NCBI GenBank assembly: GCA_025352225.1
Contig: JANXTT010000153.1
Coordinates: 6,602-70,601, forward strand
Reading direction: 5' to 3'
DNA: 64,000 bases
Origin: Mucilaginibacter sp.
Lineage (GTDB): Bacteria; Bacteroidota; Bacteroidia; Sphingobacteriales; Sphingobacteriaceae
The stretch's first letter is position 1. Each line of letters opens with the position of its first letter. Below, piece by piece: positions 19,239 to 27,758 of this stretch. The position numbers and the translations under genes were made by a program. The notes beneath the pieces are model-generated. The model searched no databases. It saw only the letters and a program-made list of their open reading frames with translations, and was not told the origin of the DNA.

Positions 19239-20093
19239 TTAGTGGCTTTCTTGTTTAAAGCGCTCTAAAAGATCCTGCACATTCATTTTTGCGTTCAAAT
19301 CTTCGGCATCTGTTATATCGTCATCTTCGCTCTCAATTTTAAAATCCTCCGGGTTGTAGGTGTATACCTTCCATGTACCGTTATGGTATTCTAGTGAAGA
19401 TAAACTTTCTACCCAATCTCCCGAATTGAGATATAAAACCGACCCTAGGGTATCAGTCGACTGTACTTCTCTGATTTCAGGATGATGAATATGGCCACAT
19501 ATCACATAATCGTAGCCTTTGTCGACAGCCAAATCTGCCGCAGTTTGTTCAAAATGATTGATAAACTTTACGGCCTCTTTTACCCGGCCCTTTATTTTTT
19601 GTGAGAAACTCATTTTTTGGCGGCCAATAGCCTTTAGGCACCAATTTACAAAACTATTGATCAAAATTAAAGAATCATAACCAACAGCGCCTAGTTTAGC
19701 AAGCCATTTGGAATGTTGCATTGTAACATCAAAAATATCCCCATGAAATATCCATGCTTTTTTACCATCAATATTGAGTAACACTTTGTTTAACAATTGA
19801 AAACTCCCTAAGTTAAAATCAGCAAATTTGCGCAGCATTTCATCGTGGTTTCCCGTTAGATAATATACAGGAATGCCATCGGTAACAAATTTAAGTATCC
19901 GGCGGACTACCTTCATGTGGGTTTCGGGCCAATATGATTTGCTAAACTGCCAGATATCAATAATATCTCCGTTCAGGATTAGTATTTTTGGTTTAATGCT
20001 TTTCAAATATTTAAGCAGTTCTTTTGCCTGGCAGCCATAGGTGCCTAAATGTACATCGGAAATTACTACAATATCAACTTCGCGCTTTACCAT
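19239..20093 (-). CDS. LpxH-family metallophosphoesterase (UDP-2,3-diacylglucosamine diphosphatase-like), paralogue 1
   Basis: Calcineurin-like motifs are present in order: SDVHLG, NGDIIDIW, TGNHDEM, FHGDIFD, CGHIHHP. 284 aa with an acidic C-terminal tail. Confidence 0.75.
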   Translation of the reverse strand: MVKREVDIVVISDVHLGTYGCQAKELLKYLKSIKPKILILNGDIIDIWQFSKSYWPETHMKVVRRILKFVTDGIPVYYLTGNHDEMLRKFADFNLGSFQLLNKVLLNIDGKKAWIFHGDIFDVTMQHSKWLAKLGAVGYDSLILINSFVNWCLKAIGRQKMSFSQKIKGRVKEAVKFINHFEQTAADLAVDKGYDYVICGHIHHPEIREVQSTDTLGSVLYLNSGDWVESLSSLEYHNGTWKVYTYNPEDFKIESEDDDITDAEDLNAKMNVQDLLERFKQESH

Positions 20094-20180
20094 TAAATAA
20101 ACAGGGGTAAGAAAACATTTAAGGAAGGAAACTTGTACCGGTTTATAAAACCAGTTAAATTTAAATGGGATTGTTTATCG

Positions 20181-20297
20181 TTACTCGTCGTCTTCGTCGT
20201 CCTCATTAACTTTGAGTTCAAAAGGGCTCAGATAAAATATGCCAAGCAAAAATAATAATGCGCAAACTTCAAACACATGGATTAATTCGAAATTCAT
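20181..20297 (-). CDS. possible 38-aa small membrane protein with acidic tail (speculative)
   Basis: Below the ORF-track size cut-off. ATG...TAA encodes MNFELIHVFEVCALLFLLGIFYLSPFELKVNEDDEDDE in an otherwise empty 287-nt gap. I saw no homology and no clear ribosome-binding signal. Confidence 0.2.
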   Translation of the reverse strand: MNFELIHVFEVCALLFLLGIFYLSPFELKVNEDDEDDE

Positions 20298-20380
20298 CTC
20301 AATTAAGTGTTAATAAACAAATATCGTGTTACCAAATTAACTAAGTGTTAAAACTATGTTAATTGTAAATTGTTTACAGT

Positions 20381-20902
20381 TTATACTTTAAATTGCTTAT
20401 TTATACGATCTAACTGTTTTAAGTGGTGTTTGGTGTGGATATTAATAAAACGAAACCATTGTTTAGCATTTAATAACCCCAACCTCGGATGCTTTACTTT
20501 GCAGAACGAAGAAGATTTATTGATAGTTGAAGCTAACTGATCAGTACGTTTTTTTAGTTTTACCAATAGGTTTCGCGCCTCTTCTTTATCAATATTGGTT
20601 ACCATTGCCGCAATTTCTTTAGGAGCCTTAATTTTAACAGGTGGAAAACGCCCCATCAAAAAAATAAGCCAGGCAAGTATACTCAACCGTTTATTATCTA
20701 TTGTCCCGGTTCCATTACTACATTTTTCAATCGCTGTAAAGGAACCCATGTTAGCTTGCAGGATATGTGAATACACTTCGCCGTATGACCAACCACCATC
20801 AGAAGGCGTTTTATTAAAAAGTTCATCAGGTATTTCATCAAGTTTGCGGCGATAATCCAGCAAAGCACTTTCTATTGATTTTTTATCGGTTGCAATACTC
20901 AT
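20381..20902 (-). CDS. DinB-family protein
   Basis: 173 aa, four-helix-bundle type, with His residues at the DinB positions (YSHILQAN ... HTKHHLKQL). Confidence 0.75.
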   Translation of the reverse strand: MSIATDKKSIESALLDYRRKLDEIPDELFNKTPSDGGWSYGEVYSHILQANMGSFTAIEKCSNGTGTIDNKRLSILAWLIFLMGRFPPVKIKAPKEIAAMVTNIDKEEARNLLVKLKKRTDQLASTINKSSSFCKVKHPRLGLLNAKQWFRFINIHTKHHLKQLDRINKQFKV

Positions 20903-21588
20903 AATAGCAAAGTTAACTCATTTAAGTGGGTTATTTGCACAAGCACATCGGCCGGCTTATCTAACCTGGCAGGGTTAAAATATATCGTATCCATCCCAAA
21001 AGCCATAGCACCTCTAATGTCTGCCTCTATACTATCACCAATCATAATACTTTGGTATTTTTCTGCTTTGGCAAGCGATAATGCATGTTCAAATATCGCC
21101 CTGTCCGGTTTGTTAACGCCTACTATTTCTGATATAATGATATTGTCAAAATATTTATTGATGTCGGTTTTAGTAACCTTGAGTTCGGTTGATTCATGGA
21201 AACCATTGGTAATTAAATGCAGCCGGTATTTTTTTTGAAGATACTGCAGTGTTGGATGGGCGTCAGGAAAAAGGTTGGTTTTAGTTGGGCATATACGTAC
21301 ATAATCGTCTTCAAAATGGAGTGGAATAACTTCGGGGTTAAGGCCCAAATCTAAAAATGTTTTTTTAAACCGGGTTTCGCGCAGGGTTTGTTTGGATATT
21401 TTACCTACATGGTAATCTGCCCAAAGCTGATGATTGTTATGTGTATAGGTTTCGATAAAAACATCTCTGTTTAAACCCAAACGAGCCAAATTATAGGTCA
21501 CAAATAATTCGGCTAAAGTTTCCTCGGCATTTTTATCAAAATCCCATATCGTGTGGTCGAGGTCGAAAAAAATATGCTGATATTTCAT
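20899..21588 (-). CDS. HAD-family hydrolase, YjjG-like noncanonical pyrimidine nucleotidase
   Basis: FFDLDHTIWDF (HAD motif I) ... LITNG ... IGDSIEADIRGA. 229 aa. Confidence 0.85.
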   Translation of the reverse strand: MKYQHIFFDLDHTIWDFDKNAEETLAELFVTYNLARLGLNRDVFIETYTHNNHQLWADYHVGKISKQTLRETRFKKTFLDLGLNPEVIPLHFEDDYVRICPTKTNLFPDAHPTLQYLQKKYRLHLITNGFHESTELKVTKTDINKYFDNIIISEIVGVNKPDRAIFEHALSLAKAEKYQSIMIGDSIEADIRGAMAFGMDTIYFNPARLDKPADVLVQITHLNELTLLL

Positions 21589-21683
21589 TAAATATGTAAG
21601 AAGTAAGCTATACTACGGCAAATGTACGATTGAAAAATGATTCTTATTTACATTCTATCGCCTCTTTTACTGTCCGCGTCGTA

Positions 21684-22328
21684 TCATACCTTTTCGCCAA
21701 ACGCAAGGTCGCCGGCGTCGCCAAGCCCCGGAACGATATATGATTTTGATGTCATTTCCTCATCAATGGCGCCAAACCATAAATGCGCTTTTGGTAAATT
21801 AGCTTTCACATGTTCCACACCCTCGGTACTGGCTATAATAGATACAATATGCAAGGCCTTTAAGGTATATTGGGCTATAATTTCTTTACAAACTAACACC
21901 ATGCTTTGCCCGGTTGCCAGCATGGTATCGCATAATATCAAAGTTTTTCCGTTCAAATCGGGGGTAGAAATATGATCTACCTGGATAACAAAGCCACCAC
22001 TTTTTTTAGTTTTACGATAGGCCATTATAAATGCCGATGGTGCCTGGTTAAAAAATCGCAATAACCCCTGGTGCAAGGGTAATCCTGCACGAAGGATAAT
22101 GCCCAAAACAGGTTGCTCCGCCAGCACATTAATAGTAGCGAGGCCAAGCTGTGTTTGTACTTCTTTAGGCTCATATTTTAGATGTTTACTGATCTCGTAG
22201 GCAAAAATCTCACCTAAACGCTCTTGGTTTAAGCGGAAGCGTTGCATGTCGAGTTGTATTTCTGCATCCCGCATTTCAGCCAAAAACTGATTACCGATAG
22301 AGTTAGTTTTATTGAGTATAAAAAGCAT
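21684..22328 (-). CDS. upp: uracil phosphoribosyltransferase
   Basis: PRPP loop LILCDTMLATGQS and C-terminal YIVPGLGDAGDLAFG. 214 aa. Confidence 0.9.
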   Translation of the reverse strand: MLFILNKTNSIGNQFLAEMRDAEIQLDMQRFRLNQERLGEIFAYEISKHLKYEPKEVQTQLGLATINVLAEQPVLGIILRAGLPLHQGLLRFFNQAPSAFIMAYRKTKKSGGFVIQVDHISTPDLNGKTLILCDTMLATGQSMVLVCKEIIAQYTLKALHIVSIIASTEGVEHVKANLPKAHLWFGAIDEEMTSKSYIVPGLGDAGDLAFGEKV

Positions 22329-22424
22329 AATATAAAATTACGACTTTAAATAATTGAATCGCCTATATACCTGCCATAAATTGCATAAATGCTTACAAAT
22401 ATATTATTTGGAATGCTTATGCAA

Positions 22425-23075
22425 TTAAGCGTTTTTAACTAAAATTGTCTCCATTACGTTTGCGGCATCTTCGCACATATCGGTAGCGGTTTCCAATGCT
22501 GATAATATTTCCTTGTATTTAATAAGCTGTATTGCATCCTTTTCATATAAAAACAGATCGGCTACAGCACGGTCAAATACATCATCCGCCTGATGCTCTA
22601 TGCTGTTGATGCGAATGCAGGCATCAGCAATATTGCGTATATTTTTAAGGTTCTTTAACTCTTTTACAGCTTTATCCATTTCTATGCTTCCTTGTAAAAT
22701 GAACATAGATAACTTTCTGATGGCCTCAATCAAATCATCTATCCGGTACAAGCTCATCCGGTTTGCCGATCCTTGTATATTATCTGCAATATCATCAATA
22801 GCCCCTGTAAGCGCTGCGATGTCTTCCCTATCAAAAGGCGTAATAAAGTTTCTACTTAATTCGATATATATCTGATGCGATATTTCATCTCCTTTAGTTT
22901 CCAGTTTATCAATTTTAGAGTACAAATCTTCCCGAAAATCAGAATCAGCAGAGTTTACTGCTTCAACTAACATCTTCGCCATATCCACTACATTGCTGGA
23001 TGCCTGTTCAAAAAGAGGGAAAAATACCTTACGGCCTTTTGGAACAAAGTATTTAAATATTTTAGTTAGCGTCAT
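22425..23075 (-). CDS. DUF47-family protein (PhoU-like, YkaA type)
   Basis: 216 aa, all-helical. Start FVPKGRKVFFPLFEQASSNVVDMAKML and ...FITPFDREDI... are typical of DUF47 proteins, which normally precede a PiT phosphate transporter. Confidence 0.85.
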   Translation of the reverse strand: MTLTKIFKYFVPKGRKVFFPLFEQASSNVVDMAKMLVEAVNSADSDFREDLYSKIDKLETKGDEISHQIYIELSRNFITPFDREDIAALTGAIDDIADNIQGSANRMSLYRIDDLIEAIRKLSMFILQGSIEMDKAVKELKNLKNIRNIADACIRINSIEHQADDVFDRAVADLFLYEKDAIQLIKYKEILSALETATDMCEDAANVMETILVKNA

Positions 23076-23127
23076 ATCAAGCTTTGCATATGTTTGGCAA
23101 ATATAATTCCAACTTATTAATTCTACG

Positions 23128-24186
23128 TTAACCTTTCAATACCGGTAATACCGGGAAAGGTGACTGCCGTATTTTTTGCAGGGTAAATCCAAATGTAGAA
23201 CCAACACCTTCAGTACTGCGCACATTGATCGTTTGCTGATGCGACTCTATAATATGCTTAACAATAGCCAAACCTAAACCTGATCCTCCTATCTGCCTTG
23301 ATCTACTACTATCTGTACGGAAGAAGCGTTCAAATAGCCGCGGAAGAAACTTTTCTTCTATCCCAACTCCATCATCAGTAACTTCCACCAATATCTGCTC
23401 ATGCAGGTCATAGAGCCTTATGCCAGTAGTACCATTTTCTTTACCATATTTAAACGAGTTATCAATTAGATTGACTAATACTTGTGTTATTTTTTCCCGA
23501 TCGGCATTAACCCAAGCGGGTTCATCATATTTATCTTTAAAGGAAAGCTTAATTTTATACCGTTGCGCTTTCATTTCTAATGATTCTACCACTTCTTTAA
23601 CCAAGTCGTTGATTTTGAATTTTGAATAATTAATGGGTATCTCGCCCGACTCGAGTTTAGATATTTCGTCCAAATCTTTAATCAGATAACTTAACCTGTC
23701 TACATTTTTTGATGCCTTCGCTAAAAATTGCTTTACCATATCGGGATCATCCATATCATCCTGCAAAGCTTCAATATAACCTTGTATAGCAAAAAGTGGC
23801 GTTTTAAATTCATGCGATATGTTTGATAGAAAATCACGGCGAAACTGCTCCTGCTTTTTTAAATCCTCAATCTCTATCTTTTTATCCCGCGCCCACTCTT
23901 TCACTTCCTTTTCAACATCGTTTATCGGATCAGAAGTAACATGATCACCAATAGCGTCTTTAAGGTCCTTACCAAGTTTCAGGTTATGAATAAGCTTATA
24001 TATGATCTTTATTTTACCTACAATATATTTCTCTATCATATAATAAATAAAAATAAAGCTGCTCACCATCGTAGCCGAAAAGGTGATAGCCACATCATAC
24101 CAGCTATGCCTGAAATAATAGTTTACTGCCGATATAGTGATAGATACGGCAAGGGCATTAATAAAAACAAGTACACGTAATTTCAT
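23128..24186 (-). CDS. sensor histidine kinase with two TM helices and almost no external loop (PhoR/intramembrane-sensing type)
   Basis: H-box FLSNISHEFKTPL, N-box LIDNSFKYG, G-boxes DDGVGI and GGSGLGLAIVK. Two N-terminal TM helices are separated by about 6 residues (RHSWYD). Confidence 0.9.
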   Translation of the reverse strand: MKLRVLVFINALAVSITISAVNYYFRHSWYDVAITFSATMVSSFIFIYYMIEKYIVGKIKIIYKLIHNLKLGKDLKDAIGDHVTSDPINDVEKEVKEWARDKKIEIEDLKKQEQFRRDFLSNISHEFKTPLFAIQGYIEALQDDMDDPDMVKQFLAKASKNVDRLSYLIKDLDEISKLESGEIPINYSKFKINDLVKEVVESLEMKAQRYKIKLSFKDKYDEPAWVNADREKITQVLVNLIDNSFKYGKENGTTGIRLYDLHEQILVEVTDDGVGIEEKFLPRLFERFFRTDSSRSRQIGGSGLGLAIVKHIIESHQQTINVRSTEGVGSTFGFTLQKIRQSPFPVLPVLKG

Positions 24187-24213
24187 TTTTTGTTATATGG
24201 CTTATCTGTAAAG

Positions 24214-24912
24214 CTACGATTTGTAAATTATTACTTCCCACCTAAAAGCCCATTTCCAAGTTATTTTATAATTAAATATTTTAGCTTTTTTTAAAAGTTC
24301 AATAAGCTCCGCATGTTTAAAGCTTCGCCTTACTGATAGGGGTCCATCATAACACGCCATTTTGCTGCTGGTAAAAACATTTGCAATAAAAATAACGGCG
24401 TAATAAAGTACCCAATGGCGGTGCAGGTCGGTTATAATTACAGCCCGTTTACTACAATCAAGCATTTTCAAGACCACTTTTACCCACTCTTCGTCATCAA
24501 AATGATGGGTAAACAAACTAGAAAACACAATATCAAACTGGTTGGGTTTTAAACTATCACCCGTTACATCAGCTAAAATAAAATCAATATTGTTATACAA
24601 CTTTGCTTTTTTCTGGGCAAATACTACTGTGGAGGGTGTGGCATCAATTCCGGTTAACGTTAATTCAAGATCATTACTTTTTGCCCAATTAGCTATTGCC
24701 CTTAAGGCATCTCCGCCTCCACAACCCCAATCACTAATATGGAAATTGTTTGCTACTTTTAGGTTTTTTAATGCTTTGATGATTGTTTTATGTCCGCCAA
24801 ACAGTGCATTCATCTTCTCCAAGCCGTTTAACACAGGCACAACCTCGCTTTCTGGTAAACTAAAGTCGTCCATTATTTCCAACTCGGCCGCACGCTTGCT
24901 TAGGTCAATCAT
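24214..24912 (-). CDS. class I SAM-dependent methyltransferase
   Basis: Motif I ISDWGCGGGDALRAIA and post-I TLTGIDAT. 232 aa. It starts 2 nt after the stop of the preceding oxidoreductase gene. Confidence 0.85.
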   Translation of the reverse strand: MIDLSKRAAELEIMDDFSLPESEVVPVLNGLEKMNALFGGHKTIIKALKNLKVANNFHISDWGCGGGDALRAIANWAKSNDLELTLTGIDATPSTVVFAQKKAKLYNNIDFILADVTGDSLKPNQFDIVFSSLFTHHFDDEEWVKVVLKMLDCSKRAVIITDLHRHWVLYYAVIFIANVFTSSKMACYDGPLSVRRSFKHAELIELLKKAKIFNYKITWKWAFRWEVIIYKS

Positions 24913-24914
24913 AA

Positions 24915-26039
24915 TCAGGTAAAAGGTTGACCATGTGTCTTACTGATTAAATAATTAGCCAACGGCGGCAACGCATTTAACAATTTAAGGCTCATTGTAG
25001 TGGTCTCGTTTTGCCCAAACATGCGCTGTAGTTGTCTGCCCACCCAAAGCCTGCGCGCAAAATGCCTTTCCCATTCGCCTGCATACGCCTGTTCTAATTT
25101 GAGCCGCTGCTGCGGATTAAAAGTATTCCCCTTATAGTATTTCACAACATTACCCGACAAAATTTTGGCTGAATGAATAGCCATAGTCATGCCGTTACCA
25201 CAAAGCGGGGCAATCATTCCGGCGGTATCGCCACTCATTAATATATGATTTTCAACAGGCTGTTTTTTTTCAAAAGATATTTCGTTGATCACCTCAGGTT
25301 TGTCGAACAAAAATTCTGCATGATCAAAAAGCGCTTTCAGATTAAGGTTCTTGCAGATGATATTTTTTTCGAGCTCCGGCAAACTACCATACCTGCGCAG
25401 GTCATCGCGGTGAGCCAGGTAACACATGCAATACCGATCCCCTTCCACTTTACTTACGCCGCAATAACCATTTTTATAATTATTCAACTGAATCAGATCG
25501 TCCGGAAAATCTGCACGGATATGAAATTTAACAGCCAGATACGGGCTGCGCTTGTAAAAAAAATCGCGTTTAAGTTTTTGATCAAGATTAGAGCGCTTAC
25601 CAAACGTACCAATAACTAATGGCGCAGTTAATACCTTACCGGGAAGAGTAATTTCGAAGGTTTCATCTTTAAAACAAATATCTTCAACCTTAGTATCCAG
25701 TAAAAAATTCACCCCCTCGGCAAGTGCTTTTTTATATAGATAATGGTCAAATGTATACCTACTCAGGCCAAAGCCGCCGAGATCCAGTTTTTTAGAAACT
25801 TTAGTGCCCGATACCGATGTTACCTCCAAACGGTTAATACGAGCCACATTTAGCTCATCAAGGTTAATATCAAGGCCGCTTAAAAACGGAATCACTTCGT
25901 TAGAGATATATTCGCCGCATACCCGGTGGAAAGGATAACTTTTACGCTCAATCACGGTTACCCTCAAACCAGCCCTGTTCAATAATATTGCATTGAATAA
26001 CCCGGCCAGCCCGCCGCCAACAACAATTACCTCTTTCAT
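24915..26039 (-). CDS. FAD-dependent oxidoreductase (geranylgeranyl-reductase / aromatic-hydroxylase-like)
   Basis: N-terminal dinucleotide fold VIVVGGGLAGLFNAILLNRAGLRVTVIERK. Later GD motif LMSGDTAGMIAPLCGNGM. Its start overlaps the PKS stop (ATGA, 26036-26039). Confidence 0.85.
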   Translation of the reverse strand: MKEVIVVGGGLAGLFNAILLNRAGLRVTVIERKSYPFHRVCGEYISNEVIPFLSGLDINLDELNVARINRLEVTSVSGTKVSKKLDLGGFGLSRYTFDHYLYKKALAEGVNFLLDTKVEDICFKDETFEITLPGKVLTAPLVIGTFGKRSNLDQKLKRDFFYKRSPYLAVKFHIRADFPDDLIQLNNYKNGYCGVSKVEGDRYCMCYLAHRDDLRRYGSLPELEKNIICKNLNLKALFDHAEFLFDKPEVINEISFEKKQPVENHILMSGDTAGMIAPLCGNGMTMAIHSAKILSGNVVKYYKGNTFNPQQRLKLEQAYAGEWERHFARRLWVGRQLQRMFGQNETTTMSLKLLNALPPLANYLISKTHGQPFT

Positions 26040-27148
26040 AGCTTTGTTTCCAATACCATGCTTTCAACTGTTAAACCGGGGCCAAAAGCAAAACTTAAAA
26101 CTTTCTGCTCAGGATCAGGTTTTGAGCGCAACAGCTTTTCCAGCACAAAAAGTATAGTGGCTGATGACATATTACCATATTCTTTAAGCGTTTCATAACC
26201 CAATTTATTAGCTTCAGCAGATATATCCAAAGCCTGTTCTGTAGCTTCCAATATGCTTCGGCCGCCCGGATGCACAGCAAAGCAGCTTAACTGGTCAAAG
26301 GTTAAACCCGCCCGCATTAATAGCCGGTCTGTTAAACTTTTAATGTGCTTTTTTATTTGTTTTGAAACTTTAGAAGTTAGTTTCATTTCAAAACCATAGT
26401 CGCCAACATACCAACCCATATCGCCTTTAGCTTCGGGTATAAACTCCGAATAAAAACTATTTAATGATAAATGCGGACCCGTGATAACCCTTTTCGAATG
26501 GTGCTCTATCAACAGAGCCGCCGCCCCATCAGAAAACAACGAGTTAGCTACCCAGTTATCTAACGTATTTGTTTTTTGAAAGTGGAGTGTACATAACTCA
26601 ACACTTACCACCAATACTTTTGCATTAGGATTGGCACGGCAAATGTAATCGGCAACTTTAATGGCGTTTATGGCACCATAGCAACCCATAAAATTGATAC
26701 AAGTACGTTCAGTATCCCGGTTAAGATTAAGTTTTTCAACCAAATCAATGTCAATCCCGGGCGCGTACATTCCTGTACAACTAACTGTAATGAGATGTGT
26801 AATGGTTGATGCAATACCAGCGTCAAAAAAACTAAAACACTTTTTACACGCTTCGTAAGCAATATCAATTGCTGTGTCCTGGTATAATTTTAGTCTTTTT
26901 TGGGTATTAGGGAAGGGCTCCAGGTTGGCAGCCTTTTCGAAAAATGTATTATGATTAGTATCGTTAAAGCCAAAATCAGGAATTACAGAGTACCTGCAAT
27001 CAATCCCCGAGCCATCATAAATTTGTTTGAGCCTTAAAGCGTTATTAGTATCTAACCCAAAGGCATTTACCATAAAGTGGTAAATTGTTTGCTGTGGAAT
27101 ACAATACTGTGGGTTAGCTGTGCCAATGGCGCTAATACAACTGCTCAT
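26036..27148 (-). CDS. type III polyketide synthase (chalcone/stilbene synthase superfamily)
   Basis: The catalytic Cys-His-Asn triad contexts are all present: VSCTGMYAPG, FAVHPGGRSIL, GNMSSATILFVL. 370 aa. Confidence 0.9.
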   Translation of the reverse strand: MSSCISAIGTANPQYCIPQQTIYHFMVNAFGLDTNNALRLKQIYDGSGIDCRYSVIPDFGFNDTNHNTFFEKAANLEPFPNTQKRLKLYQDTAIDIAYEACKKCFSFFDAGIASTITHLITVSCTGMYAPGIDIDLVEKLNLNRDTERTCINFMGCYGAINAIKVADYICRANPNAKVLVVSVELCTLHFQKTNTLDNWVANSLFSDGAAALLIEHHSKRVITGPHLSLNSFYSEFIPEAKGDMGWYVGDYGFEMKLTSKVSKQIKKHIKSLTDRLLMRAGLTFDQLSCFAVHPGGRSILEATEQALDISAEANKLGYETLKEYGNMSSATILFVLEKLLRSKPDPEQKVLSFAFGPGLTVESMVLETKL

Positions 27149-27160
27149 ATATAAATGGTA

Positions 27161-27694
27161 TTATAAGGCAGTTTCAACATTTATAGAGATAGTTGCTTCG
27201 TTAGATAATATCATGCTGTGGTTACCTACATTAAAATCAAGCCGGTTAATTTTAAAACTTCCTTTATAAACAGTTGTACTGCCATTTACAATATACGCAA
27301 AAGGCAGTACAATACGCTTTGTTGTAGTTTTAATTGTTAAATCAAACACCCCTAGGTAGTTATTACCGCTTTTATGTTTAAAAGAAATTGATTTCATGGT
27401 AATTTTTGGATATTCATCCACATCAAAATAGTCTTCCTTTTTGAGATGTTTATCACGCATCTCGTTCTCAGAGCTTAATGTCCGGGTATCTACCGACGCC
27501 GTAATATTACTAGTGCTTAAATGATCTTTATCAAACTGGATAGCCGCCTCCAATCCACCAAAACTCCCTTCGGTGTTGATTCCCATATTTTTGATCTGGA
27601 ATCCAATTGTGCCTTTGGTTACTGTCTGCTTAGATTGAGCTAAAGCAATTAAATTACAACAAACCAGTATAAAATACAAACCAATTTTCTTCAT
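27161..27694 (-). CDS. YceI-family (polyisoprenoid/lipid-binding) secreted protein
   Basis: Signal peptide MKKIGLYFILVCCNLIALAQ follows the ATG at 27694. YceI-type blocks are present (GINTEGSFGG ... DTRTLSSENEMRDKHLK...YFDVDEYPKITMKS). It ends 12 nt upstream of the PKS start. Confidence 0.85.
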   Translation of the reverse strand: MKKIGLYFILVCCNLIALAQSKQTVTKGTIGFQIKNMGINTEGSFGGLEAAIQFDKDHLSTSNITASVDTRTLSSENEMRDKHLKKEDYFDVDEYPKITMKSISFKHKSGNNYLGVFDLTIKTTTKRIVLPFAYIVNGSTTVYKGSFKINRLDFNVGNHSMILSNEATISINVETAL

Positions 27695-27758
27695 TTTTAA
27701 TTGCTTAACAAATAATTTCAAACCTAACGATTTACCCCGAGTATTGTTACATTAGTGT

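Noticed and set aside
24542-25619. 126-aa and 124-aa plus-strand ORFs (24542-24922 and 25245-25619) inside the polyketide operon.
   Set aside because: Both are antisense to genes with clear methyltransferase and FAD-oxidoreductase motifs. Neither has motifs of its own. I treat them as shadow ORFs, not hidden cluster genes.
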